DNA of 64,000 bases from Sporosarcina sp. (GTDB lineage: Bacteria; Bacillota; Bacilli; Bacillales_A; Planococcaceae). The notes below the pieces were generated by a model. The model saw only the letters and a list, made by a program, of their open reading frames with translations. It searched no databases and had not been told where the DNA came from. The DNA lies in the NCBI GenBank assembly GCA_026169375.1, contig JAPFCR010000032.1, positions 24,266-88,265 on the forward strand. The letters are read 5' to 3'. This document shows positions 39,556 to 49,488 of this stretch, piece after piece; within the stretch, counting starts at the first letter, position 1; every line of letters begins with the position of its first letter. Position numbers and translations under genes: made by a program.

Positions 39556-40203
39556 TCACTTCATCTCTTTTAACATTTCTCCAATCTTTAACCAATCCGC
39601 TTCAACTGAAGGGCGATGTGATGGTCGATAAAAAACAGATGCCGGGTGAAATGTTGGAATGATTGTATATTTTTCATCAGTCCATTGAAAAGCTGTATCT
39701 TCTAGGTTTTCCAAGTATTGAATCGGTCTTGTTAAAACCTGTCCATGCAACTCAGTTACCTTCATCCCTTTGCCTAATAGACGTTGTAAACCTATATTCC
39801 CTAACGTCACAATAAATTTGGGTTCTAAATTCGCAATTTCATAATCTAAAACAGGTGCATGCGCAAGAATCTCTTTCTGTGTAGGCGGTCGATTATATTT
39901 TCGTTCAGTTATTGTCCCGTCGCGTTCCTTTTTTGTTCCCCAGCGATACGGCCGACTTCGTACGGAACTTGTCATATAGACATCTTCGCGTGATAAACCA
40001 ATCGATTCCAATGATTTCATTAACTCATCCCCGGCTCTTCCTATGAACGGAATCCCATCTACTAATTCAAATTCTCCTGGGGCTTCGCCAACGAGCAGTA
40101 ATTTGGGTTTTTGTCGCCCGCCACCGACAACAAAACCTTCTACTGGAAATCCTTGAATACGCTCTTTTCCAAGTTTAACAAGCGACTCTGGTATTTGAAA
40201 CAT
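39556..40203 (-). CDS. Uracil-DNA glycosylase, family 4-like
   Basis: VGEAPG, PFIGRAG, PTFHPAS motifs; no Fe-S cysteines visible. Confidence 0.88.
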   Translation of the reverse strand: MFQIPESLVKLGKERIQGFPVEGFVVGGGRQKPKLLLVGEAPGEFELVDGIPFIGRAGDELMKSLESIGLSREDVYMTSSVRSRPYRWGTKKERDGTITERKYNRPPTQKEILAHAPVLDYEIANLEPKFIVTLGNIGLQRLLGKGMKVTELHGQVLTRPIQYLENLEDTAFQWTDEKYTIIPTFHPASVFYRPSHRPSVEADWLKIGEMLKEMK

Positions 40204-40382
40204 GCGCTCCCTCCCTTCAAATTTTCAACAGTTTTTATTGATTATCTACATAATACATATTCTTTACCACGTTCCAAATAATATAAACGATAAACGCGAC
40301 CTTCTACTCTTTCTTCTTAGTAAATAGCTAATGCATCTTCTACATTTTTCATTAAGTTTTTGTCGCGCCCAAATCATATCCG

Positions 40383-40401
40383 ATAAAGTGAAACTTCAAT
40401 C
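40383..40401 (+). repeat. bcr1-like repeat end fragment (copy E)
   Basis: ATAAAGTGAAACTTCAATC, identical to the left end of copy D. Confidence 0.7.
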
Positions 40402-40487
40402 CCTCATTAAAAAAAAGCATACTCTTAACTGCTTTACCCTTAACTACAACAAGATAAGCATATAACAGTAGGCTTTTTCTAAATTAA

Positions 40488-41690
40488 TTAGGTCAATTCA
40501 GTTTGTTTCGTTTCTGTTCCTAAGAAAACAACGGCTAAAACACCAATGACAATAGCTATACAAAAAATACTGAAAATAAATCCAAAACCATAGCCAATAT
40601 TTAATAACGTCCCGACAAGAAGCGGTCCGAATATTCCACCTACTCGTCCAATTGCCGCCGCTGAACCAGCACCTGTCGCTCGAATAGACGTCGGATATTG
40701 TTCTGGAGAATACGCATATAGCGCTCCCCATGCACCTAAATTAAAAAATGATAATAAAGCACCGAAAACAAGCAATCCGCCCAATGACTCAGCATTTCCA
40801 AACGCTACTGCGCTGAATGCCGTACCGAGTAAATACGTTGATAAAACAAATTTACGACCTACCCTTTCAATGAACCAAGCTGCGGAAAAATAACCTGGTA
40901 ATTGAGCGATTGTCATAAGAAGCACATAACCAAAACTGTCAATCATACTAAAGCCTTTTAACACCATGACACTTGGCAACCATAAAAACATGCCGTAATA
41001 AGAAAAGACGACAGTAAACCAAACGATCCAGAGCATTAACGTTCGCTTTCGATATTGTACGGACCATAATTCCATCACCTTTTTAAATGCAGATTGTTTC
41101 GATTGACTAGATGCTTCAAACTTAGGTGAATCAGGTAAATTCCGCCTCAAATAGATTGCATAAAAAGCTGGAAGTGCTGTAATTAGGAGCGCAATTCTCC
41201 AACCATAATCTGGAATCACAAAGTAGGCAATTAACGCAGCAAGAATCCAACCAACAGCCCAAAAACTTTCCAATAAAACAACTATTTTTCCACGCTCATG
41301 TGCTGCTACACTTTCTGATACAAGCGTCGATGCGACTGGTAGTTCTCCGCCTAGCCCTGCACCGACTAAAAAACGCAAAAATAAAAAAGCGGCAAGTGTC
41401 GTCGTAAGTGCAGATAAACCACTTGCAACTGAAAATAAAACCAAGGTCATCATAAACACTTGTTTTCTTCCAATTCGATCAGCCAGTACACCAAAACCAA
41501 ATGCACCAATTGCCATCCCAATGGAGTTCATACTACCGATCCAGCCCATTTCAGTTGGAGTTAAATTCCAATCCACTGCGATCGCCGCAATTACAAAAGA
41601 TAAAATTCCTACATCCATCGCGTCGAACATCCAACCTGTTCCTGCAAGTCCTAATAATCTATTTCTCGATATTTGCTGACGTTGTGTCAA
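40488..41690 (-). CDS. MFS transporter (YceI/NiaP-like)
   Basis: FDAMDVG, ADRIGRK, GLGGELPV, SPEQYPT motifs; TTG start. Confidence 0.88.
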   Translation of the reverse strand: MTQRQQISRNRLLGLAGTGWMFDAMDVGILSFVIAAIAVDWNLTPTEMGWIGSMNSIGMAIGAFGFGVLADRIGRKQVFMMTLVLFSVASGLSALTTTLAAFLFLRFLVGAGLGGELPVASTLVSESVAAHERGKIVVLLESFWAVGWILAALIAYFVIPDYGWRIALLITALPAFYAIYLRRNLPDSPKFEASSQSKQSAFKKVMELWSVQYRKRTLMLWIVWFTVVFSYYGMFLWLPSVMVLKGFSMIDSFGYVLLMTIAQLPGYFSAAWFIERVGRKFVLSTYLLGTAFSAVAFGNAESLGGLLVFGALLSFFNLGAWGALYAYSPEQYPTSIRATGAGSAAAIGRVGGIFGPLLVGTLLNIGYGFGFIFSIFCIAIVIGVLAVVFLGTETKQTELT

Positions 41691-41713
41691 TATATTTCTC
41701 TCCTTACTTCCAT

Positions 41714-41734
41714 CCCACTGTCTTTACACATGTA
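41714..41734 (-). promoter_or_regulatory. Possible NiaR operator upstream of the MFS gene
   Basis: Imperfect palindrome TACATGTGTAAAGACAGTGGG resembling NiaR sites as recalled; consistent with a NiaP-like transporter. Confidence 0.45.
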
Positions 41735-42053
41735 ATTATACATCATAAAATTATTAATGACAAAGTATTTTTAAGCGCGTTTGACAAAGAATATATACTT
41801 AAATCAACAACAAATTGTCTTCATAAATGATAGGCTTACATATGGAGAAAACTTATAAGAAAACCTTTCCAACTCTGCCAAAGTAATAATTTACATACAT
41901 TTACTTTACAAAGGATTTTCATCTATAAGTGTTTTTAAATTTTATTAACGGGAAGTATATGAAGTGAATATAAAGCTTCATGCCAAGGTCTACCTTGGAA
42001 ACTGTTTCCGGCATTTTCTCGTTGGAATCAGATTTTAGTAAAGGAGGAAACCC

Positions 42054-43415
42054 ATGATTAGGCTAGATAAAAAGAAACGCGGACAATACGCTAAAAACAT
42101 TTTAACCAAACTAGACACAAAAAAAGAAAATGAATTCCGCGACTTATTTTTACCTTTACATCCTTGGGATCAAGCAGAAATATTTTTAACAATGGGTAAA
42201 GAAGCACGCGAATGTGTTTATACGTATTTATCAGCAGAAGAGTTCGCAAAAATTTTTGGTAATCTTGATAGTACGAACCAAAAGCTTTTCTTTCTTGAGC
42301 TAGATGAAAATTATGCTTCTACCATGCTTAATAGTATGTTTACTGATGATGTTGTTAACTTTCTAACAGAAATTAACACAAGTCGCGCTGAAGAAATTTT
42401 ACAAGGAATGGATCAAAAGAAGGTCGCTAAAATCCATGCCATTTTATCTTATGACGATGAAACAGCTGGAGCGATTATGACTAAGGAACTTATTCATATC
42501 TCATCAACAGAAACAGTTAGCGATGTGTTAGAAAGACTTCGTAAAGAAGCACCTGATGCAGAAATCATTTATTATCTTTATGTCGTCGATCCAAAAGGAG
42601 TTCTCGTTGGCGTTGTTTCATTAAGAGACCTTATTATCGCAACACCAGATAAGATTATTGAAGAGGTCATGAACACAAGAGCTGTCTCTGTTTCAGAAGA
42701 TATGGACCAAGAAGACGTCGGTAAAGTCATTAAGAAATATGATTTACTGGCAGTTCCGGTTGTTTCAAAAGAAGGTCATTTATTAGGAATTGTTACGGTT
42801 GATGACGTGATGGATATTCTTGAGGAAGAAACAACGGAAGATTTTGGAGAAATTTCAGCTACTAAAGGAGCCACAGACGTTAATCTTAGTGCTTTCACGG
42901 CAGCCAAAAAACGTTCACCATGGATTATTGCTCTAATGTTCTTTGGACTCATTACAGGTGGAGTCATTGGCCAATTTGAAGACACATTAGAATCTGTCGT
43001 CCTCCTTGCTGCTTTTATCCCAATGATTATGGACTCAGGCGGAAACGTTGGAACACAATCCCTTGCTGTATCAGTTCGTGGACTTGCGCTTGGAACGATT
43101 GAAAAAGGAGGATTTTGGCGGATGGTTAGAAGAGAATTCGCAACTGGAACGATGATTGGTGCTGTTTGTATGGTACTGATCACGATTCTTGTTCTGATTC
43201 TTTACGGTAATGGCATGCTCGGTTTCATTGTCGGCATTTCGATCTTATTTACATTAAGTGTTTCAGCAGTTATTGGCGCAGTGATCCCCTTATTGATCAA
43301 TAAATTAAAATTTGACCCAGCAATTGCATCCGGACCATTTATTACAACAGTAAATGACATTACAGGATTGCTCATTTACTTCTCAATCGCAACTTATTTA
43401 ATGGAATATCTATAA
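42054..43415 (+). CDS. mgtE: Mg2+ transporter MgtE
   Basis: N-domain, CBS pair, GNVGTQS, DPAIASGPFITTVND. Confidence 0.96.
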   Translation: MIRLDKKKRGQYAKNILTKLDTKKENEFRDLFLPLHPWDQAEIFLTMGKEARECVYTYLSAEEFAKIFGNLDSTNQKLFFLELDENYASTMLNSMFTDDVVNFLTEINTSRAEEILQGMDQKKVAKIHAILSYDDETAGAIMTKELIHISSTETVSDVLERLRKEAPDAEIIYYLYVVDPKGVLVGVVSLRDLIIATPDKIIEEVMNTRAVSVSEDMDQEDVGKVIKKYDLLAVPVVSKEGHLLGIVTVDDVMDILEEETTEDFGEISATKGATDVNLSAFTAAKKRSPWIIALMFFGLITGGVIGQFEDTLESVVLLAAFIPMIMDSGGNVGTQSLAVSVRGLALGTIEKGGFWRMVRREFATGTMIGAVCMVLITILVLILYGNGMLGFIVGISILFTLSVSAVIGAVIPLLINKLKFDPAIASGPFITTVNDITGLLIYFSIATYLMEYL

Positions 43416-43487
43416 GATTTTCTTCACATATAAAAAAAGGGTTGTCCAATCGTCAATAGACTTTTGGACAACTCTTTCTTTATACCC

Positions 43488-44450
43488 TTATAATGTTTCT
43501 TCAATCTCAGCAATCATTTCTTTAATCGATAATAGACCGCCGCCTGATAAGTACCAGTAGTTCGGATCTAAATAATAAATGGCATCATTTTGATAAGCCG
43601 TTGTTTTCTTTACTAAGTCATTTTCAATTGAATCTTTGGCACTTGCTTCTCCACCAATTGCAGCATCACGGTCAATAACAAATAGAACATCTGGATTTGT
43701 TTCTAAAATGTATTCAAACGTAATGTTTTGTCCATGCGTAGAAGCTTCGATCTTTTCATCTGCCGTTTTAAACTTGAAAACGTCATGAATAATTCCAAAG
43801 CGTGAACTTAAACCATAGGCACTTACCTTTCCTTCGTTACCCAGAACGATTAGCGCTTTATCATCTGAATTCGCTGCTTTCTCTTGAATATCCGCGATAC
43901 GCTCATCAATTTCCGCAAGCTCTGCATCCATTTCTTCTTCCTTATCGAACATTTCCGCAATCAGTTTCATATTCGATTTAAATGAATCCATATAATTTGC
44001 ATAGTCGAGATCAATATAAACAGTTGGTGCAATATCACTTAATTCCTTATACATATCCGATTGACGGCCAGAAATAATAATCACATCTGGATTCATCGAG
44101 TGAATCGTTTCTAATTCAGGCTCTTTTAAGCCACCAACGTTCGTATACTTCTCATCATCGTATTTAGATAAATAAGACGGCGTGTTTCCTTTAGGAATAC
44201 CTGCAACTTCAATGCCTAGCTCATCCATTGTATCTAAGATTCCAAAGTCAAACACAACAACCGTTTCAGGATTTTTCTTTACTTTAACCGGCTTGGAATC
44301 AAGCTCATGTTCAATTTCCATATATTCTGTTGAATCATCATTCGTTGCTTCATCATCTGCTGTATCATTATCATTTGAACTGCCACATGCTGCAAGTACT
44401 AACATGACTGCAAGCATCATCATTGTAATTGTCATTTTTCTCATATTCAT
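43488..44450 (-). CDS. yclQ: Catechol-siderophore binding lipoprotein (YclQ/FatB-like)
   Basis: Lipobox LAAC; SGRQS, SRFG, STHGQ, WYLSGGG. Confidence 0.88.
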   Translation of the reverse strand: MNMRKMTITMMMLAVMLVLAACGSSNDNDTADDEATNDDSTEYMEIEHELDSKPVKVKKNPETVVVFDFGILDTMDELGIEVAGIPKGNTPSYLSKYDDEKYTNVGGLKEPELETIHSMNPDVIIISGRQSDMYKELSDIAPTVYIDLDYANYMDSFKSNMKLIAEMFDKEEEMDAELAEIDERIADIQEKAANSDDKALIVLGNEGKVSAYGLSSRFGIIHDVFKFKTADEKIEASTHGQNITFEYILETNPDVLFVIDRDAAIGGEASAKDSIENDLVKKTTAYQNDAIYYLDPNYWYLSGGGLLSIKEMIAEIEETL

Positions 44451-44471
44451 GATTGTAAACCATCCTTTTGT

Positions 44472-45233
44472 TTAAGAGTTAAAGTAAACGCAAATTCTAC
44501 AGTTACTTAATTGTTTAATGGGAATATCCATATCGTAAATTTCTCGTAGTGAATCTGAGTTAATAATTTCATCAGTCGGACCGTCTTTTACAATACGTCC
44601 TTCTTTTAAAGCGACAATGCGATCTGAATAAACAGATGCAAAGTTAATATCATGTAAAACAATGATAACTGTTTTTCCAAGATCATCGACGAGTCGCCTT
44701 AAAATTTTCATGATTTGTACGGAATGCTTCATATCCAAGTTATTTAATGGTTCGTCTAATAATACGTAATCCGTATCTTGTGCAATCGTCATCGCAATAA
44801 ACGCACGTTGACGTTGACCGCCTGACAACTCTTCTAAATAGCTATGTTGAATATCGACTAAGCCCATATACTCAAGTGCTTGATCAATAAAATTGATGTC
44901 TTCAGCGTTTAAACGACCTTTCGAATGTGGATAGCGTCCGAAAGAAACAAGTTCACGAATCGTTAAACGTGCATTCATAAAGTTCGATTGTTTTAAAATA
45001 GATACACGTTTTGAAAACTCATTTGATTTCATTTTCCTTGTATTTTGCTGATCGAGAAGGACTTCACCTGTATCTGCATCTAAGAGACGACTTACCATGG
45101 ATAATAGCGTCGATTTTCCGGCACCATTCGGTCCAATAAAAGAAGTGATTTTCCCTCTATGAATATTCACATTGACATTTTCCACAACGGCTTTATCACC
45201 GAAAAACTTTGTAAGCTCACGAACTTGAATCAT
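44472..45233 (-). CDS. yclP: Siderophore ABC ATP-binding protein
   Basis: GPNGAGKST, LSGGQRQRA, DEPLNNLDMKH. Confidence 0.9.
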   Translation of the reverse strand: MIQVRELTKFFGDKAVVENVNVNIHRGKITSFIGPNGAGKSTLLSMVSRLLDADTGEVLLDQQNTRKMKSNEFSKRVSILKQSNFMNARLTIRELVSFGRYPHSKGRLNAEDINFIDQALEYMGLVDIQHSYLEELSGGQRQRAFIAMTIAQDTDYVLLDEPLNNLDMKHSVQIMKILRRLVDDLGKTVIIVLHDINFASVYSDRIVALKEGRIVKDGPTDEIINSDSLREIYDMDIPIKQLSNCRICVYFNS

Positions 45234-46180
45234 GTAGCTCGACTCTCCTTTAATAATAAGTAAATAAAGTAAATCCCACCGACGAAGTTAATAATAACGC
45301 TTAACGTTGTTGAAAATGTAAAGACACGCTCAACAATCCATTGACCGCCGACAAGTGCTAAAACACTCATAATCGATGCACCGATAATTAACACTGAATG
45401 CTTATATGTTTTGAAGAATTGATAAGACAAGTTTGCAACAATTAGGCCAAAAAACGTAATCGGACCAACAAGTGCAGTTGATACTGCAATTAACACCGAA
45501 GAAAGAATTAAAATAACTTTCACGACATGGTCATAATGAACACCTAAGTTAATCGCTGTATCTCTTCCTAATGATAAAACATCCAAATCGTGAATATAAC
45601 GCCAGCCAATCGAAATTGTGATCACAATAATCGCAAGCGCCCACCAAACGAGTTCGCTACTAATGTTGTTGAAACTCGCGAACATTTTATCTTGGACATT
45701 TAAAAACTCATTCGGATCAATTAACACTTGTAAGAAAGTAGAGATACTTTCAAAAAATGTTCCAATAATAATTCCGACTAATAATAAAAAGTAAATCGGT
45801 CTTTTACCGGATTTAAATAAGAACTGGTATAACAGTAAAGCAAAAAGCACCATTGCACTTACTGATAAAATAAAGTTTAAATGTTTATTCACAATAACTA
45901 AATGGCTTGAGCCAAGTGTAAAAATAACGACTGTTTGAAGCAATATATAGAGTGAATCGAATCCCATAATGCTCGGTGTCAAAATTCGGTTATGCGTAAT
46001 CGTTTGGAAAATAACCGTTGAATAAGCAATCGCAACACCCGTCATCGCCATCGCAAGTACTTTAAGCGCCCGTCTTGGAAGCGCATAATCATAACTTCCA
46101 TTCAAGCCTTGAAACAAGTACAAGCTACAGAATAACAATGCGAGTCCTGTTAAAATAATTAATTTCGTTGAGTTACGCAT
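45230..46180 (-). CDS. yclO: Siderophore ABC permease
   Basis: FQTITHNRILTPSIMG, GPITFFG. Confidence 0.9.
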   Translation of the reverse strand: MRNSTKLIILTGLALLFCSLYLFQGLNGSYDYALPRRALKVLAMAMTGVAIAYSTVIFQTITHNRILTPSIMGFDSLYILLQTVVIFTLGSSHLVIVNKHLNFILSVSAMVLFALLLYQFLFKSGKRPIYFLLLVGIIIGTFFESISTFLQVLIDPNEFLNVQDKMFASFNNISSELVWWALAIIVITISIGWRYIHDLDVLSLGRDTAINLGVHYDHVVKVILILSSVLIAVSTALVGPITFFGLIVANLSYQFFKTYKHSVLIIGASIMSVLALVGGQWIVERVFTFSTTLSVIINFVGGIYFIYLLLKESRAT

Positions 46181-47123
46181 ATGCTTTCCTCCTAAACAAC
46201 AAATAGAGGAACATTCCGCTACCGATAACCCCTACCATTAAGCTAATTGAAATTTCATACGGATAAATCAGAACCCGTCCTAAAATATCACAAACAAGTA
46301 GGAATATAGCGCCTAATAATGCTGTATGGGGCAACGTCTTCTTTAAATGATCACCTTGAAAGATGGATACGATATTCGGGATGATCAAGCCTAAAAATGG
46401 AATCATACCGACTGTTAATACAACCGTTGTCGTAATTAATGCCACGAGTATTAACCCGATATTTAAGACTCTTTTATAGGAAAGACCAAGGTTTTTAGAG
46501 AAATCCTCTCCCATTCCTGCAACTGTAAATTTATTGGCATACAGATAAGCAAGAATAATAACGGGAATACTTATATAAAGTAGTTCGAAACGCCCTTTCA
46601 TAATCATTGAAAAATCGCCTTGTAACCACGCAGACATATTTTGAATCACATCTGCACGATATGCAAAAAATGTCGTTACCGAAGATAAAATATTACCGAA
46701 CATAAGCCCGACAAGTGGAATGAAAATCGCATCTTTAAACTTGATACGACCGAGAATTTGCATAAACAATAGCGTGCCGGCTAACGCAAACGCAAATGCA
46801 ACAATCATTTTCTCAATCGTCGACGCATTCGTAAACAACAACATAGATACTAAAATACCAAGTCGTGTTGCATCGAGCGTTCCAGCTGTCGTTGGAGAAA
46901 CGAACTTATTTCGACTTAGCTGTTGCATAATAAGCCCCGCGATACTCATTCCTGCTCCTGCAAGAACAATCGCAATAAGCCGTGGCAATCGGCTAATTAA
47001 AAATATTTCTGTTTCTTCCGATTTAAAATCCAGTAAATCCATCGGTGTGATTCGGCTTACCCCTACAAATAAAGAGAGTAGTGAAAAGCCTATCAATGCG
47101 AGTATTAAATAACGTTTTTTCAT
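46173..47123 (-). CDS. yclN: Siderophore ABC permease
   Basis: SRLPRL, NKFVSPTTAGT, GMIPFLGLIIPN. Confidence 0.9.
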   Translation of the reverse strand: MKKRYLILALIGFSLLSLFVGVSRITPMDLLDFKSEETEIFLISRLPRLIAIVLAGAGMSIAGLIMQQLSRNKFVSPTTAGTLDATRLGILVSMLLFTNASTIEKMIVAFAFALAGTLLFMQILGRIKFKDAIFIPLVGLMFGNILSSVTTFFAYRADVIQNMSAWLQGDFSMIMKGRFELLYISIPVIILAYLYANKFTVAGMGEDFSKNLGLSYKRVLNIGLILVALITTTVVLTVGMIPFLGLIIPNIVSIFQGDHLKKTLPHTALLGAIFLLVCDILGRVLIYPYEISISLMVGVIGSGMFLYLLFRRKAYA

Positions 47124-47236
47124 TGGGCAGCCTCAATCTAAAATATTTGAACCTAATTGAGAATCTTCAATAAAAACATTTCTCAGATAAGCTCAAACTT
47201 AATTATAATCACCGAAACAGCAGTTGTCAATGTAAA

Positions 47237-47251
47237 TGAAAATGATTATCA
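47237..47251. promoter_or_regulatory. Fur box
   Basis: TGAAAATGATTATCA, one mismatch to the 7-1-7 consensus TGATAATNATTATCA, upstream of yclN. Confidence 0.85.
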
Positions 47252-47404
47252 ATTAGTTTTTCAACATATTAATATGCATTTTCTCTATTCAAAATAAAAC
47301 CTCAAATATATGCTTCCTTTTGAAGCTCTAGCCTATCAAGCTACTCCTAATTTTCCCCTTCAAAAAAGCTTAAAGTAACAATCCCACTTTAAGCTTTTTG
47401 ACAA

Positions 47405-47527
47405 TTAATATTCTACAGCATTCTCAATAGCTTCTTGAGAAACTATCATTTCTCCAATCTCGTATAGTTGACTCATTCCTGCTTTCGCGTCTTGCTTCGT
47501 ACGAACTGTTTTTTCATTCTCATTCAT
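47405..47527 (-). CDS. Putative 40-aa small protein, absent from ORF track
   Basis: MNENEKTVRTKQDAKAGMSQLYEIGEMIVSQEAIENAVEY; followed by terminator hairpin 47364-47399; RBS spacing suboptimal. Confidence 0.45.
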   Translation of the reverse strand: MNENEKTVRTKQDAKAGMSQLYEIGEMIVSQEAIENAVEY

Positions 47528-47683
47528 TTCGATATTGATCGCTCCACTAAATGCTTCTTTAGTCTAGGATGAAATGACTTTAAGGACGCTTAAGATCATT
47601 CCACTTCCAGGAAGCCGAAGTCGTTTTTATATAGAAAATCAGTTATACTAATTTTCACAATGAACTGGAAGGGAGCTATTAAA

Positions 47684-49402
47684 ATGCTAAAAGATTTCTT
47701 TTCTTACTATAAGCCGCATAAACGATTATTTATCATTGACTTTTCAAGTGCTGTCTTCGTTGCACTCCTCGAACTTGCTTTCCCGCTCGCAGTTCAGTGG
47801 TTTATCGATCAACTATTGCCTAGTGGGGACTGGGGTACTATTGTTACGGTCAGTATTTTATTATTATTTATTTATTTAATTAGTACAGCATTACAGTACG
47901 TTGTTAGCTATCTTGGTCATAAATTAGGCATTAACATTGAAACCGATATGCGACAACAATTATTCAATCACGTACAAAGACAATCTTACCGCTTTTTTGA
48001 TAATACAAAAACCGGTCATATTATGAGTCGTATTACGAATGACTTATTCGACATTGGAGAACTCGCTCACCACGGTCCAGAGGATTTCTTTATTGCGATT
48101 ATGACTGTGGTTGGTGCATTTATTCTCATGTACAATATTAACCCCGAACTGGCGTTAATTGCGATTGTCATGGTGCCGCTTCTTGTCGTCGTCATTACAT
48201 TTTGTAACAAACTTATGAACCGTGCTTGGACAAATATGTATGGGAAAATTGCTGATGTAAACGCACGTGTAGAAGATAGCGTCTCTGGTGCACGCGTTGT
48301 AAAATCTTTCACGAATGAAGATTTTGAAATTGCTCGTTTTGAAGTAGACAACGGCAACTTCCGTACAGCAAAACTAGTCGCTTATAAAGTGATGGCCTGG
48401 ACAACTTCGAGTATGTATATGATGACACGTCTGATGACACTCATCGTATTGGTTGTCGGTGCTTGGTTTACAGTGAATGGAAAACTTACTCACGGGGAAC
48501 TTGTTGGGTTCATTTTATTTACAAATATTCTTGTGAAGCCTGTTGATAAAATTAGTGCTTTACTCGAATTATATCCAAAAGGAATGGCTGGTTTTAAACG
48601 TTTCAGAGAGTTAATTGCACAAGAGCCTGAAATAAAAGATAAGCCAAATGCGCTTACTGTTGAACATTTATATGGAGATATTCATTTTAAAGACGTGCAT
48701 TTTAACTATGAAAGTACTAAACCAGTTTTACAAGCTATCAATTTAAATATCCGAAGAGGTGAAACGGTCGCTTTTGTTGGTCCTTCAGGTGCTGGAAAAA
48801 CGACAATTTGTTCATTAATTCCTCGTTTTTATGATGTTACTTCTGGGAGCATTTCAATCGATGGCATTGACATTCGTGATATGACGCAACAATCGCTGCG
48901 CAGACAAATTGGAATCGTCCAGCAAGATGTATTTTTATTTACTGGAACGATTAAAGAAAACATTGCCTACGGGAATTTACATGCGACAGATGAAGAAATT
49001 TACGAAGCCGCCCGGAAAGCTCATTTAGAAGAGATGATTCAAGGTTTACCAGACGGTTATGAAACACAGATTGGAGAGCGTGGTCTGAAACTTTCAGGCG
49101 GTCAAAAACAGCGTCTTGCGATTGCACGTATGTTTTTGAAAAACCCACCTATCTTAATCTTAGACGAGGCTACTTCTGCCTTGGACACAGAGACAGAACG
49201 TATTATTCAGCAATCTTTAAATGAACTTGCAGAAAATCGTACGACCCTCGTGATTGCACATCGTCTTGCTACAATTCGAGATGCAAACCGCGTCATTGTC
49301 GTCACGGAAGATGGCATTGCGGAAGATGGAACATACCAAGAACTTGTTGAACAGGACGGGATTTTCGCACGACTGCATAATATTCAATTTCAAGAAGTAT
49401 AA
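47684..49402 (+). CDS. ABC exporter, fused permease/ATPase (YwjA-like)
   Basis: TMD plus GPSGAGKTT, LSGGQKQR, DEATSALD, AHRL; start MLKD behind GGGAG. Confidence 0.9.
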   Translation: MLKDFFSYYKPHKRLFIIDFSSAVFVALLELAFPLAVQWFIDQLLPSGDWGTIVTVSILLLFIYLISTALQYVVSYLGHKLGINIETDMRQQLFNHVQRQSYRFFDNTKTGHIMSRITNDLFDIGELAHHGPEDFFIAIMTVVGAFILMYNINPELALIAIVMVPLLVVVITFCNKLMNRAWTNMYGKIADVNARVEDSVSGARVVKSFTNEDFEIARFEVDNGNFRTAKLVAYKVMAWTTSSMYMMTRLMTLIVLVVGAWFTVNGKLTHGELVGFILFTNILVKPVDKISALLELYPKGMAGFKRFRELIAQEPEIKDKPNALTVEHLYGDIHFKDVHFNYESTKPVLQAINLNIRRGETVAFVGPSGAGKTTICSLIPRFYDVTSGSISIDGIDIRDMTQQSLRRQIGIVQQDVFLFTGTIKENIAYGNLHATDEEIYEAARKAHLEEMIQGLPDGYETQIGERGLKLSGGQKQRLAIARMFLKNPPILILDEATSALDTETERIIQQSLNELAENRTTLVIAHRLATIRDANRVIVVTEDGIAEDGTYQELVEQDGIFARLHNIQFQEV

Positions 49403-49447
49403 ATTGCTTACAGGCGGGGATACTAGTAACTCCCCCCCTTTCTTTAT

Positions 49448-49488
49448 AAAAAAATGCGCAATCCTTCCCCCAGGATTGCGCATTTTTT
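49448..49488. terminator. Bidirectional intrinsic terminator
   Basis: AAAAAATGCGCAATCC...GGATTGCGCATTTTTT. Confidence 0.85.

Noticed and set aside
26705-40401. Recurrent AAAGTGAAACTTCAATC sequences as a CRISPR array
   Set aside because: Copies are kb apart, variable in length and orientation, with no spacers or cas genes; they are an interspersed repeat.
41830-42053. M-box (ykoK) riboswitch upstream of mgtE
   Set aside because: No match to the conserved M-box core (TTAGGTGAGGCTCCT...TGCTAAAGC) and no terminator; only the small junction hairpin is reported.
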